The translations under genes and the position numbers were made by a program. A stretch of 64,000 nucleotides of DNA from Rubripirellula sp. (GTDB lineage Bacteria > Planctomycetota > Planctomycetia > Pirellulales > Pirellulaceae): contig OZ244207.1 in NCBI GenBank assembly GCA_965216875.1, positions 4,832,001 to 4,896,000 of the forward strand, read 5' to 3'. The notes under the pieces were generated by a model. That model searched no databases. It was given only the letters and a program-made list of their open reading frames with translations, and had not been told where the DNA came from. Shown here one piece after another: positions 31,242-39,874 of the stretch (positions within the stretch are counted from its first letter, which is position 1; each line of letters starts with the position of its first letter).

Positions 31242-32852
31242 CTATTTCGTTACCTTCAGGACATATGCGTACTTCGATGCCTTCCCGGCGGGAAGTTGAA
31301 CCGTCAGCCCCTTTTCATCACGAGACCATTTCACGGGCTGATCCGATCCCAACAGAGAGATCGATGCGATCTTTTCAGGATAGTGCTCACTACCCTTGGC
31401 CAAAGTTTTCACCACAGCCTTTCCGTTCTCAGGCCACTTCAAACCGGTGACATACAGGTTGTCGCCATTGACGGTGAAACGGAAATCTTCGACGCCAAAT
31501 GGCTTGTCTTTCGATTCTGAGACGTGTCCGGTGGAAACGGCCGTTGGCCCTTCACCAAAGGTGTGCCAATAGGTGGTGTCGTAAATCGATTCGCCGTTGA
31601 CCTTTAGCCAAGCACCGATCGCCTTCAAGATCGCGGTGTCTTCTTCTGGAATCGTGCCATCCGCACGTGGGCCAACGTTCAACAACAAGCAACCGTTCTT
31701 GCTAACGATGTCAACCAAATCGTTGACCAGACGTTCCGGCGTCTTGTAGCGTTGGTTTTGCGTGTAACCCCATGAACTCGAGCTGACTGCCGTATCGGTT
31801 TGCCAGAATGGCTTACGAATCTCGGCCATCTTCGATCGTTCTTTGTCGAGGACCGCAGCGCCCTCGGGAAACGCTTTCCATTTGTAGTTGATGATGCCGA
31901 TTCCATCGCCCGATTTTGACGATTGGTTGTAGTAGTAAGCAGCGAATTGCTTGAGGTGATCGGCGTAGGGGTTTTCGTCGTAATTCTGCTCACGCAAACC
32001 AGGCGTGATCCCAAAGTCGAACCAGAACACGTCGGGTTGATACTTGTCGACCAATTCACAAGTTCGTGCCAACCAATCATCTTTGAACTGCTTGTCTTGG
32101 GGGACAAACTTCTCTTGGTAATTCCAAGCGTCCTTTTCGAAAAGGAATGGCATCGGACGACCATAAAGCCGAGCCCATTTCGGGTTCGAGTTGTCGTACT
32201 CTTTGCTACGAACGTAGAACATCCAATTGAAGGCACGGTGGCTGCTGACGCCAAATTTCAATCCTTCGTTGCGAACCGCACTAGCGAGTTCTGCGATCAC
32301 ATCTCGCTTTGGCCCCATCTCCGACGCGTCCCACTCGGTGAACGAACAGTCGTACATTGGGAATCCGTCGTGATGCTCGGCAACAGGAATCACGTAGCGA
32401 GCGCCGGTGTCCTTAAAAAGCTTGGCCCACTCGGCCGCATCAAACTTCTCGGCTTTGAATTGTGGAATGAAATCCTTATATCCAAAGTCCTTTTGCTTGC
32501 CGTATTTGTCGACATGGTGTTGAAAGAAGTTGTCGCCACGACGGTCAAGGTCGATGTACATTTGGCGCGGATACCATTCACTGCCGAAAGCAGGAACGCT
32601 GTAGGCACCCCAGTGAATGAAGATTCCGAACTTGGCATCTTTGTACCACTGCGGAATTTCATACTTTTCAAGTGAGTCCCAAGCGGGCTTGTAGGGACCG
32701 TGGTCAACCGCGTGTTGAATCTTCTCGAGCGCTGGAGCAACGGCAGGATGTGGTTTCAGTGGATCGGCGGCCGAGGCCGTCGAATTTTGCGTCGCGACTT
32801 GAAGCATCAAGACCGCTGACAGCGTCAAAACATGGAACGTTTTGGAGAACAT
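31242..32852 (-). CDS. Alpha-L-fucosidase (GH29)
   Basis: WYKDAKFGIFIHWG, AEHHDGF, WFDFG nucleophile motif, LVDIVSKNGCLLLNVGPRADGTIP, WLKVNGESIY; signal peptide from MFSKT. Confidence 0.93.
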   Translation of the reverse strand: MFSKTFHVLTLSAVLMLQVATQNSTASAADPLKPHPAVAPALEKIQHAVDHGPYKPAWDSLEKYEIPQWYKDAKFGIFIHWGAYSVPAFGSEWYPRQMYIDLDRRGDNFFQHHVDKYGKQKDFGYKDFIPQFKAEKFDAAEWAKLFKDTGARYVIPVAEHHDGFPMYDCSFTEWDASEMGPKRDVIAELASAVRNEGLKFGVSSHRAFNWMFYVRSKEYDNSNPKWARLYGRPMPFLFEKDAWNYQEKFVPQDKQFKDDWLARTCELVDKYQPDVFWFDFGITPGLREQNYDENPYADHLKQFAAYYYNQSSKSGDGIGIINYKWKAFPEGAAVLDKERSKMAEIRKPFWQTDTAVSSSSWGYTQNQRYKTPERLVNDLVDIVSKNGCLLLNVGPRADGTIPEEDTAILKAIGAWLKVNGESIYDTTYWHTFGEGPTAVSTGHVSESKDKPFGVEDFRFTVNGDNLYVTGLKWPENGKAVVKTLAKGSEHYPEKIASISLLGSDQPVKWSRDEKGLTVQLPAGKASKYAYVLKVTK

Positions 32853-33035
32853 GAATATTGGCCGCACGATGAGTTGGTTGGATAACAGGTTGGATGGTTT
32901 GAGGCTGGAGACGTGTGCTTTTCGGGCAATGAGCCCTGGAATTGGCAAACTCTCCAACGTTGTGAAGCTGGTTTTGGGAGAGCGATGAGCGGTACCCAGA
33001 AAACACGGCTTTTTCCGGAGATTTCCCTCCTTCGT

Positions 33036-33098
33036 ATTCTGGTTTATGAGAATTCGAATCCCATAGCCAAGGTTACTCGCTGATAGCCATTGTTAACC
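33036..33098 (-). promoter_or_regulatory. Putative AraC-activated promoter of the fucosidase operon
   Basis: Tandem ATAGCCA at 33063 and 33083. On the minus strand this reads TGGCTAT-N21-CAGAAT, the same geometry as 37823-37886. Confidence 0.6.
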
Positions 33099-33136
33099 GA
33101 CTCGAAAAAAGCGAACCAACCAGTGTGCAAATGTAA

Positions 33137-36112
33137 CTACTCGGCAAACCGAAAAGCTTCTTGGCCCTGCACAATCACGTAGTGGCCACCTGGGCGAACG
33201 CCAACCTCTTGGATGTCGCCATTGGGCCATGCGATCGACATTTCAATCGGCGTCTCGTCATTGGCAAAATTGCCGAGACCAAAGTGCAGCATCCGCTGGT
33301 TGGCACAGTAGAACCCGTCACCGGATACCAAAGGTGCAGTCTTCTTTTTGCCACCGGCGGTCAATTGCACTGTCGCACCGATGGGATCGCGCGTATCCGA
33401 AACACCAACAAGCTCGACGCGAAGCCAACCGTGCTCGGTTTCCGTTCGATTCATGAGCAGGGCAAAGGGCTCGCCCTGATGCGTGATCGCCATATCGTTT
33501 CGGCCATCACGGTCTGCATCCATCCACCAAAGACCGCGGCCGACATGAGGACGACTCAAGTAGCCCTTCGATGCCGAGAGATCAAACAATTCATAGCGTT
33601 TGTCGCCGGCGCGGCGGATGATCTGCATCTTTTGTTTGTAGGTGATCGGCGGCTCGACATCCTTGTAGACGTGCCCATTCGCGATCGCGACTTCTAGATT
33701 CGAATCATTGTCGAAATCGATTGCTTGGCAGCCGAATCCAAGCAGTGAAAAGCTGGCTTGCATCAACCCGAGTGCCTGGGTCGTGTCGGTCCACACTCCT
33801 TGATGCGTTTGCTCATAGAACGTGTTGTGCTCTTCTTCAAAATTGGTGACGAAGAAATCGATGTCGCCATCATCATCCAGGTCTGCCGTCGCCACGCCCA
33901 TGCATGCTTGAGGACGTCCGCGAGCCTCGAATGCAAGCCCGCGCAGCGTCGCTGATTCGACGAGCGAAAACTCGTCGTTTCCAGAGGGGCTCCAGAAGTG
34001 GTTGGCAGTCATGTCGTTTGCAACAAAGACATCCAATCCGGGCCGGGTATCAAGTGCACCGATCACCACACCTAACCCGCGCCCCATTTGTCCGGGCACG
34101 GCCGACCATGCGTCGGTCACTTCGCGAAAGCCACCTTCAGGTGTGCCAACGTAAAACGAATCTCGTTCAGCGGCAAACTTGGTCGGCAGGCAGGGGCTGA
34201 CTTCATTGGTTTCAGGATCGTGACAGGGAATCTCAACCGCATTCATTCCCGCACAATATTTCAGGCAGACAAAATCGGTGATCCCATCCTGATTGATGTC
34301 GGCAAGCGCGCCACTTGTCGACCACGAAACGTCCGCGCCGGTATCGAGCCACTGGCTTCGATCCGAAAACGTCCCATCGCCGTTGTTGATCAACAATCGA
34401 TCCTTGCCATAGTTCATCACCACGATGTCGTGAAAACCATCCTCGTTGACATCTCCGAAGGTGACACCTTGGGCGAATCCTTGATCGAAAGCCCCGGCGA
34501 GGTCGGTCACCTCGGCAAAGTGGCCATGCAGATTTCGAAACAGCTGATTCGGCCGGGAATTATTTTCCCCGGGCTTGCCACCTGGGTAGGCGATGTAGAT
34601 ATCGGGCCAACCATCCAGGTCGTAGTCAACGGCGCAGCCGCCCGATTCCATCTGCGCATAAAGCGGAATGCCCTCAATCGACGTCGCCTGGCTTGAACTG
34701 ACATTCTTGACCAATCCACGCTCTTGCGCTTCATCAACGAGCACGGGCGTGACCGAGGGAGCTGAAAAGCCACTCTCAACGAGGGCGTCTTGGCTTGATT
34801 CAATTCGGGGAACGGGAAACCCGCTCAAGTCGAGCGACACCACCGGATGCCCCGCCTCGAGCTGCCAAGGCGTTTCGGAGGTTAGAAGTTTGACAACTTC
34901 GCCGCGGTACGCTTGCACCTTTGCGACATCGTCATCCGGTATGGTCATTGCGAACGCCAGCCATGCCTCGGCTTCCCAAAGACGCCCCAGCTCAACAAGC
35001 GACCTTGCAACATCGACGACGATCGCATTGGACGTGTTGCCAAGTTTGTAGAACCGTTCTTTGTCTTGCATGAACCGCACGAGCAGTTCGGCTCGCGCGT
35101 TGACCGCTTCCACATCGCTAGGATTGATTGCTTCACCCTCTTGTTGAAGGATCAGCATGCTACGACCAAGTCGTGTGAAAATCTCGCCGTGATCGAGATT
35201 CCTTCGCGCAGCTTCCCAATACGCTCGCACGGCTTCTTTGTGCTGTGACCTGTGACTGGCATAGTCACCGAGGGTTGCCCAATACTGCCATGTATCTTTG
35301 GCTTCTTCGCCAACAATGCCGCTCCATTTATCGAGCCGATCATATTGGCCGGACGCAATCAAATACTGGCCGAACAACAATTGGGCCGCAACGTTGTCGG
35401 GATACTGCTTCAGGATTTCGTCGAGCGGTTCTTCGATCCCATCCCACAGCCCTCGATCAAAGCGTGTCCTCACTTCCGCGATCCTCAATCGACAATCACT
35501 TGGATTGCGTTTGTGAAGCGTCGCCATCGAGCCAGCTTCGAGGTCGCGTTGTTCGTAGGTGCTTAGCGAAAACAAAAGGACGCGGTCGAACTGGCGTTGT
35601 CGCACCAGATAGCGTCCATGAGGCGTTGCCCGATGACTCTCTTCGATATTGACAAGAAAATCGAAGAGGTATCGTCGCAGCGCATGACGCTCGGGGTACT
35701 TCTCAACAATGGGCTCGAGAAACTTGATCGCGTCGTAGAGGCGACCGAGCGTGATCAAACCAATGACCGCTCGATTGGCCAGGGTTTCATTCTTGAACTG
35801 ATCACTCGTGCTTGCTTCGACCATCAAGTCGACCGCTTCGCTTGCACGATTGTTTGCGAAGGCGATGTCTGCAGCGATCTGCAAGACTTCCACATCGCTT
35901 GGATTGGCGGCCAGAAGTTTGCGAACAAGAACGTCCGCGTCGGCATACCGTTCTTGAGAAACGGCAATTTGAACCTGTTCAAGCGGCGAAACGCCGCCCT
36001 GATCCGAGGGCGGCGTTTCTGCTTGTTCGCTTGGCTTACTACAAGAGACCAGAACTCCCATTCCAAGGACCAAAGCCAAGGTCAGGAGTATCGAAAATGG
36101 CCGATGTTTCAT
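33137..36112 (-). CDS. TPR + FG-GAP/ASPIC-UnbV (CRTAC1-like) lipoprotein
   Basis: Lipobox LVSC; helical TPR-like N-half; repeated DxDxDG motifs (DYDLDGWPD, DVNEDGFHD, DLDDDGDID); C-terminal ASPIC motif DPIGATV..GDGFYCANQRMLHFGLG. Confidence 0.88.
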   Translation of the reverse strand: MKHRPFSILLTLALVLGMGVLVSCSKPSEQAETPPSDQGGVSPLEQVQIAVSQERYADADVLVRKLLAANPSDVEVLQIAADIAFANNRASEAVDLMVEASTSDQFKNETLANRAVIGLITLGRLYDAIKFLEPIVEKYPERHALRRYLFDFLVNIEESHRATPHGRYLVRQRQFDRVLLFSLSTYEQRDLEAGSMATLHKRNPSDCRLRIAEVRTRFDRGLWDGIEEPLDEILKQYPDNVAAQLLFGQYLIASGQYDRLDKWSGIVGEEAKDTWQYWATLGDYASHRSQHKEAVRAYWEAARRNLDHGEIFTRLGRSMLILQQEGEAINPSDVEAVNARAELLVRFMQDKERFYKLGNTSNAIVVDVARSLVELGRLWEAEAWLAFAMTIPDDDVAKVQAYRGEVVKLLTSETPWQLEAGHPVVSLDLSGFPVPRIESSQDALVESGFSAPSVTPVLVDEAQERGLVKNVSSSQATSIEGIPLYAQMESGGCAVDYDLDGWPDIYIAYPGGKPGENNSRPNQLFRNLHGHFAEVTDLAGAFDQGFAQGVTFGDVNEDGFHDIVVMNYGKDRLLINNGDGTFSDRSQWLDTGADVSWSTSGALADINQDGITDFVCLKYCAGMNAVEIPCHDPETNEVSPCLPTKFAAERDSFYVGTPEGGFREVTDAWSAVPGQMGRGLGVVIGALDTRPGLDVFVANDMTANHFWSPSGNDEFSLVESATLRGLAFEARGRPQACMGVATADLDDDGDIDFFVTNFEEEHNTFYEQTHQGVWTDTTQALGLMQASFSLLGFGCQAIDFDNDSNLEVAIANGHVYKDVEPPITYKQKMQIIRRAGDKRYELFDLSASKGYLSRPHVGRGLWWMDADRDGRNDMAITHQGEPFALLMNRTETEHGWLRVELVGVSDTRDPIGATVQLTAGGKKKTAPLVSGDGFYCANQRMLHFGLGNFANDETPIEMSIAWPNGDIQEVGVRPGGHYVIVQGQEAFRFAE

Positions 36113-36131
36113 CGACGTCTAAGACCCAAAC

Positions 36132-36326
36132 CTAGTTTGAGAATTCTTTATCGGCTTTCTGAGCCTCTTCTGCCTGCATGAAGCCCTTGTTGGACTCAGC
36201 TTGCAGCTGCTTGTACTCATCAATGGCTTCCTGAGACGCGCCGTCCACCGTATTGGTTGGCTCGCTACTGCATCCAATAAAGGTCAGGCAGGGAACCAAA
36301 GCGAGCAGGGCAAACAATTTTTTCAT
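36132..36326 (-). CDS. Small lipoprotein
   Basis: MKKLFALLALVPCLTFIGC lipoprotein signal; 64 aa; located downstream of DUF1559. Confidence 0.8.
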   Translation of the reverse strand: MKKLFALLALVPCLTFIGCSSEPTNTVDGASQEAIDEYKQLQAESNKGFMQAEEAQKADKEFSN

Positions 36327-36361
36327 TGAATCGGAAATGGTTGAGTTGTGTTGGGTAGATA

Positions 36362-36402
36362 TAAAAACAGCCGCATGCCAACCCGAAGGCTGACATGCGG
36401 CT
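36362..36402 (-). terminator. Intrinsic terminator after the DUF1559 gene
   Basis: Minus strand AGCCGCATGTCAGCC-TTCG-GGTTGGCATGCGGCT followed by GTTTTTAT. Confidence 0.8.
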
Positions 36403-36417
36403 ACTCGTTCAGGATCG

Positions 36418-37677
36418 CTATTGATTCAGCTCTTCCTCGATTTGCTCTTTGTTAGCTCGAGTTCCCAGAGCTCCCCACAATCCGTAGGGGCTTTGTTCAC
36501 CCGGGCCACGCCAGCGATGACGACCACCACAGACGGCGAGGTCGCCACACTCAACGGCACCAGCTTCGATCGAGTCAGTCATGAAGATCACAGCACCATC
36601 GGCCATCAGCACGTGAACACCACCTTGGTGACGGCTCGATGCGGTGTACCAACCTGAGTTACCAGCGTTCTGCTCGGTGCAGATTTCGCGGTTAGGTGGC
36701 AGTGCGGTGAAGAAACCACTGAAGTTAGGACGATGCGATGCCCAACGGAAACCACGTCCGTCACCAGCACCAACAACTGCTTGGCCAGGAGCCCAGAATT
36801 GTGGACGCTCTGGGTCAACCAAAGGCTGACATTCGGTTGGCAACATGTTACGCACAAATGACCAACCACGTGAGGTTGCGATGGTTCGCTTGTCGCGGTC
36901 ACCCAAGTCGGTTGCGATTTCACCAGCCATGACGGTGTTGGAAAGACCATCAAGGATGTCACGGAACTTCATGTGCTTGTGCACAACGAAGACACCGCGG
37001 CCAGCTGCGCGAATTTCGATCGCGAGGTTCTGGCTGATGTTCGGCGGAACACCAAGTGGTGCTGTGCCGTTGGACCAGTCACCCGATTGAGCTCGCTCGG
37101 GCGAGTCACCAAGGCAACATGCGTAGTTGGTTCGACCCAAAGAAGGCAAACCCGTTCCTGGATCGCTTGGGCAGCGGAACGTTGGGACTTGAGTCGCCCA
37201 AGGTGTGTAACCGATTTCGCCAGGAGTTGGACCCATTGGTGGGAAAGGTGCGCCACTTGCGCGAGTTGCTTGTGCGCCACCGTTTCCACTTGGATCAGGA
37301 GGGCTGTTTCCGAACGCGTCTGTGTTCAGCGGATTCGAAATGGTTTCCCACAACGCTTGTTGCTCGCAGAACGGAAGCAAACCAACCAAGTAGCTCAACT
37401 GGCCATTGTTGGAGATTTCCGATGGACGCCAAACGTGTTGCGTGATTTGGTCAGTCGTACCACCGCCATAAACTGGCAACTGCTTGTAAGCAGAGTGGTA
37501 GTTGTGAGCAGCCAAACCAATTTGCTTGAAGTTGTTACTGCAGCTCATTCGACGAGCGGCTTCACGTGCAGCTTGAACCGCAGGAAGCAACAGGCCAACA
37601 AGCACACCAATGATCGCGATGACGACCAGCAGTTCGACCAGAGTAAAACCTGATCGCGCCGACTTTTTCAACGGCAT
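36418..37677 (-). CDS. DUF1559 prepilin-type N-terminal cleavage/methylation protein
   Basis: [64 protein letters not shown] (H-X9-DG). Confidence 0.93.
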   Translation of the reverse strand: MPLKKSARSGFTLVELLVVIAIIGVLVGLLLPAVQAAREAARRMSCSNNFKQIGLAAHNYHSAYKQLPVYGGGTTDQITQHVWRPSEISNNGQLSYLVGLLPFCEQQALWETISNPLNTDAFGNSPPDPSGNGGAQATRASGAPFPPMGPTPGEIGYTPWATQVPTFRCPSDPGTGLPSLGRTNYACCLGDSPERAQSGDWSNGTAPLGVPPNISQNLAIEIRAAGRGVFVVHKHMKFRDILDGLSNTVMAGEIATDLGDRDKRTIATSRGWSFVRNMLPTECQPLVDPERPQFWAPGQAVVGAGDGRGFRWASHRPNFSGFFTALPPNREICTEQNAGNSGWYTASSRHQGGVHVLMADGAVIFMTDSIEAGAVECGDLAVCGGRHRWRGPGEQSPYGLWGALGTRANKEQIEEELNQ

Positions 37678-37822
37678 TTTCTAGACCTCTCAGAAAAAGA
37701 AAAATTGAACAATGCTTATTGCTCCGAGATCCAGAAAACCATTTGACGTGCACCCGGTTTTTCCGGAAAACATGCCGAATAGCGAGCAGAATGTAACCAC
37801 TGGTTCGGAGCTTGCGTGTTAA

Positions 37823-37886
37823 ATCTTAACTCAGGCGTTAAAGTGAGCCATAGCCAGAGATAAACGCAACATAGCCATTATTACCC
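37823..37886 (-). promoter_or_regulatory. Putative AraC-activated promoter of the DUF1559 operon
   Basis: Tandem ATAGCCA at 37850 and 37871. On the minus strand this reads TGGCTAT-N21-TAAGAT. It is adjacent to the divergent AraC gene. Confidence 0.6.
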
Positions 37887-37924
37887 TTGTGCACACTTGG
37901 CAGTGCGCTGGATTCCCACCTTAA

Positions 37925-38818
37925 TTGAGCGAGATCTTGAGCAGCGACCCGTACTTTATTTCGCGACAAACTTTCGACGCGAGACGCTTTTACTTGGACC
38001 TCAATCCACCACGCGACCAACCACTCGTTGTGGTGTGTGGGGGGGTTGAACGAACCCATCCCGATTACGTTGTTGAACGTTCGGATTTCCCGTATTTCGG
38101 CATCGAACTAGTCACAGAGGGTAATGGTCACCTAACCCTGTCAGACGAGCACTTTCGTTTGCAGCGCGGTGTCGTATTTGCCTACGGACCTGGCATCGAA
38201 CATCGCATCGAAAATAAATCATCCGATGGGATGAGAAAGTATTTCCTTGACTTCGTTGGGACCGATGGTGAGTCACTTTTGAAAGCGGCTGGACTGTTGG
38301 ATGGCAAACCAATCCTTGCAAGCGGCATAATCGAATTTACCGATCTTTGGAACGCCATCGATCGCGAAGCGCGCGAGAAGAGCGACGTCTCACGAGAGAT
38401 CTGCCAATCCCTTGCACGCATCCTGTTGCTCAAGATCCAACAGCGGCGCGTCAACGACGGAACGCACGCACCGACGGCGTTTCGCACCTACGAAACGGTC
38501 CGACAGTTCATCGAAGAGAACTACATGAAGGTCTCCACCGTGGAACAAGTGGCGGAAGCCTGTGGCATCAGCCCGGTCTACGTCTCAAGACTCTTCAAAC
38601 GTTACTCCGCTACCGGCGCCTATCAGTTCCTATTGCGTCTACGAATGAACCACGCGGCCGACTTGCTGATGAAACATGGCCTGCTTGTTCGCGAAGTCGC
38701 AGACTCACTCGGCTTTGCTGATGCGTTTCAGTTCTCGCGCGCATTTAAACGCGTTTACGGAGTTGCCCCCAGCTCGCTCGTCGATTCGCGCCAAAGAGGC
38801 AATGGAGGCGTGGGATAG
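37925..38818 (+). CDS. AraC family transcriptional regulator
   Basis: N-terminal cupin; VEQVAEACGISPVYVSRLFK and VREVADSLGFADAFQFSRAFKRVYGVAPS double HTH; TTG start. Confidence 0.92.
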   Translation: MSEILSSDPYFISRQTFDARRFYLDLNPPRDQPLVVVCGGVERTHPDYVVERSDFPYFGIELVTEGNGHLTLSDEHFRLQRGVVFAYGPGIEHRIENKSSDGMRKYFLDFVGTDGESLLKAAGLLDGKPILASGIIEFTDLWNAIDREAREKSDVSREICQSLARILLLKIQQRRVNDGTHAPTAFRTYETVRQFIEENYMKVSTVEQVAEACGISPVYVSRLFKRYSATGAYQFLLRLRMNHAADLLMKHGLLVREVADSLGFADAFQFSRAFKRVYGVAPSSLVDSRQRGNGGVG

Positions 38819-38989
38819 GCGACTTACAGGCAGCTGACGCGATGCAGGAAACACTCTGACGGCACATGACCGACGCAGTTCTTTTTCTCAAAGAATTCAT
38901 TGCGGCCCGATGCGAAATCTGTCGCAGATCTCTTTGCAGGTCAATGCATGGACTTGCGTGTTTTTCACACCGCAACCGGGGGAACGGAC

Positions 38990-39232
38990 ATGCAAATTCG
39001 AATCAATCAAGCGCGCCAACAACTTGCCAAAGCCGGCATCACTCTGGGAACGGCACAGCCTCAGCCGGAATCGCCAGACACGTTGCATTTCGAAGCACTG
39101 ACACCACTCGGAACTCGCATGCTTTTGGCCGGCAGAGACATCGTCGCCCTGCTGAAAGACCTCGGAATGATCGAGCCTGCGAAAAGGCAACACGCGATCG
39201 AGAATCGATCAGGAATGAGCCGCACGCGTTAG
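38990..39232 (+). CDS. Small hypothetical protein
   Basis: ORF MQIRINQARQQL... after a purine-rich upstream segment; no recognisable motif. Confidence 0.4.
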   Translation: MQIRINQARQQLAKAGITLGTAQPQPESPDTLHFEALTPLGTRMLLAGRDIVALLKDLGMIEPAKRQHAIENRSGMSRTR

Positions 39233-39290
39233 CGTCGGGCCTTACATTCTTTTTGATTTCGCAGGGCCCGACGCTAGCGCGTTCGGCTCA
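39216..39290. repeat. GAGCCG-type REP-like inverted repeat
   Basis: TGAGCCGCACGCGTTAGCGTCGGGCC ... GGCCCGACGCTAGCGCGTTCGGCTCA long imperfect hairpin. Confidence 0.7.
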
Positions 39291-39340
39291 CATAAGACTC
39301 AGACCTCCATGACACTGCAGCGGGGCGGTAAAGTAGGTCC

Positions 39341-39874
39341 TTGGGTTGGACCTCCCCAACCGAACCAACGACGCGCCCTCAAGCCTTCAACAAAGTGACC
39401 GAACTTCTCCGGCAACATCAAACGCTGATTTGGTGGATTGCTGCAATCTCGGCAGTCGCATTCGTTGCAAGCTTGGTTCTTGTGCCGCTGCTCGCTGTAC
39501 GGATCCCAAGCGATTACTTTGCTAGTCGCAAGAAGCCGCGATCCAAACTCGCTGAGAACCATCCGCTGCTTCGCTTGATGATCGTCGTTTCCAAGAACGT
39601 TGCCGGCATTGCTCTGCTGTTATCGGGCATCGCAATGCTGCTGCTTCCCGGGCAAGGCTTGCTAACGATTGCGATTGGCCTGTTGCTCATGGACTTTCCT
39701 GGCAAACATCGCCTCGAGCGCCGCGTTGCCAAGTCACGTCCCGTGCGACGTTCAATCAACTGGATTCGAAAGAAACGAAACGTGCCACCGCTTCAGTTCG
39801 AAGTCGACACCCCGATCGACAACACGTCCGCTGCGATGACATCCTCGCGCACCAAAACGCAAGACGAACTTTAA
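39341..39874 (+). CDS. PGPGW-domain transmembrane protein
   Basis: TM helices; IPSDYF, KNVAG..GIAMLLLPGQGLLTI..DFPGK..LE motif. The start may be the GTG at 39395. Confidence 0.8.
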   Translation: MGWTSPTEPTTRPQAFNKVTELLRQHQTLIWWIAAISAVAFVASLVLVPLLAVRIPSDYFASRKKPRSKLAENHPLLRLMIVVSKNVAGIALLLSGIAMLLLPGQGLLTIAIGLLLMDFPGKHRLERRVAKSRPVRRSINWIRKKRNVPPLQFEVDTPIDNTSAAMTSSRTKTQDEL

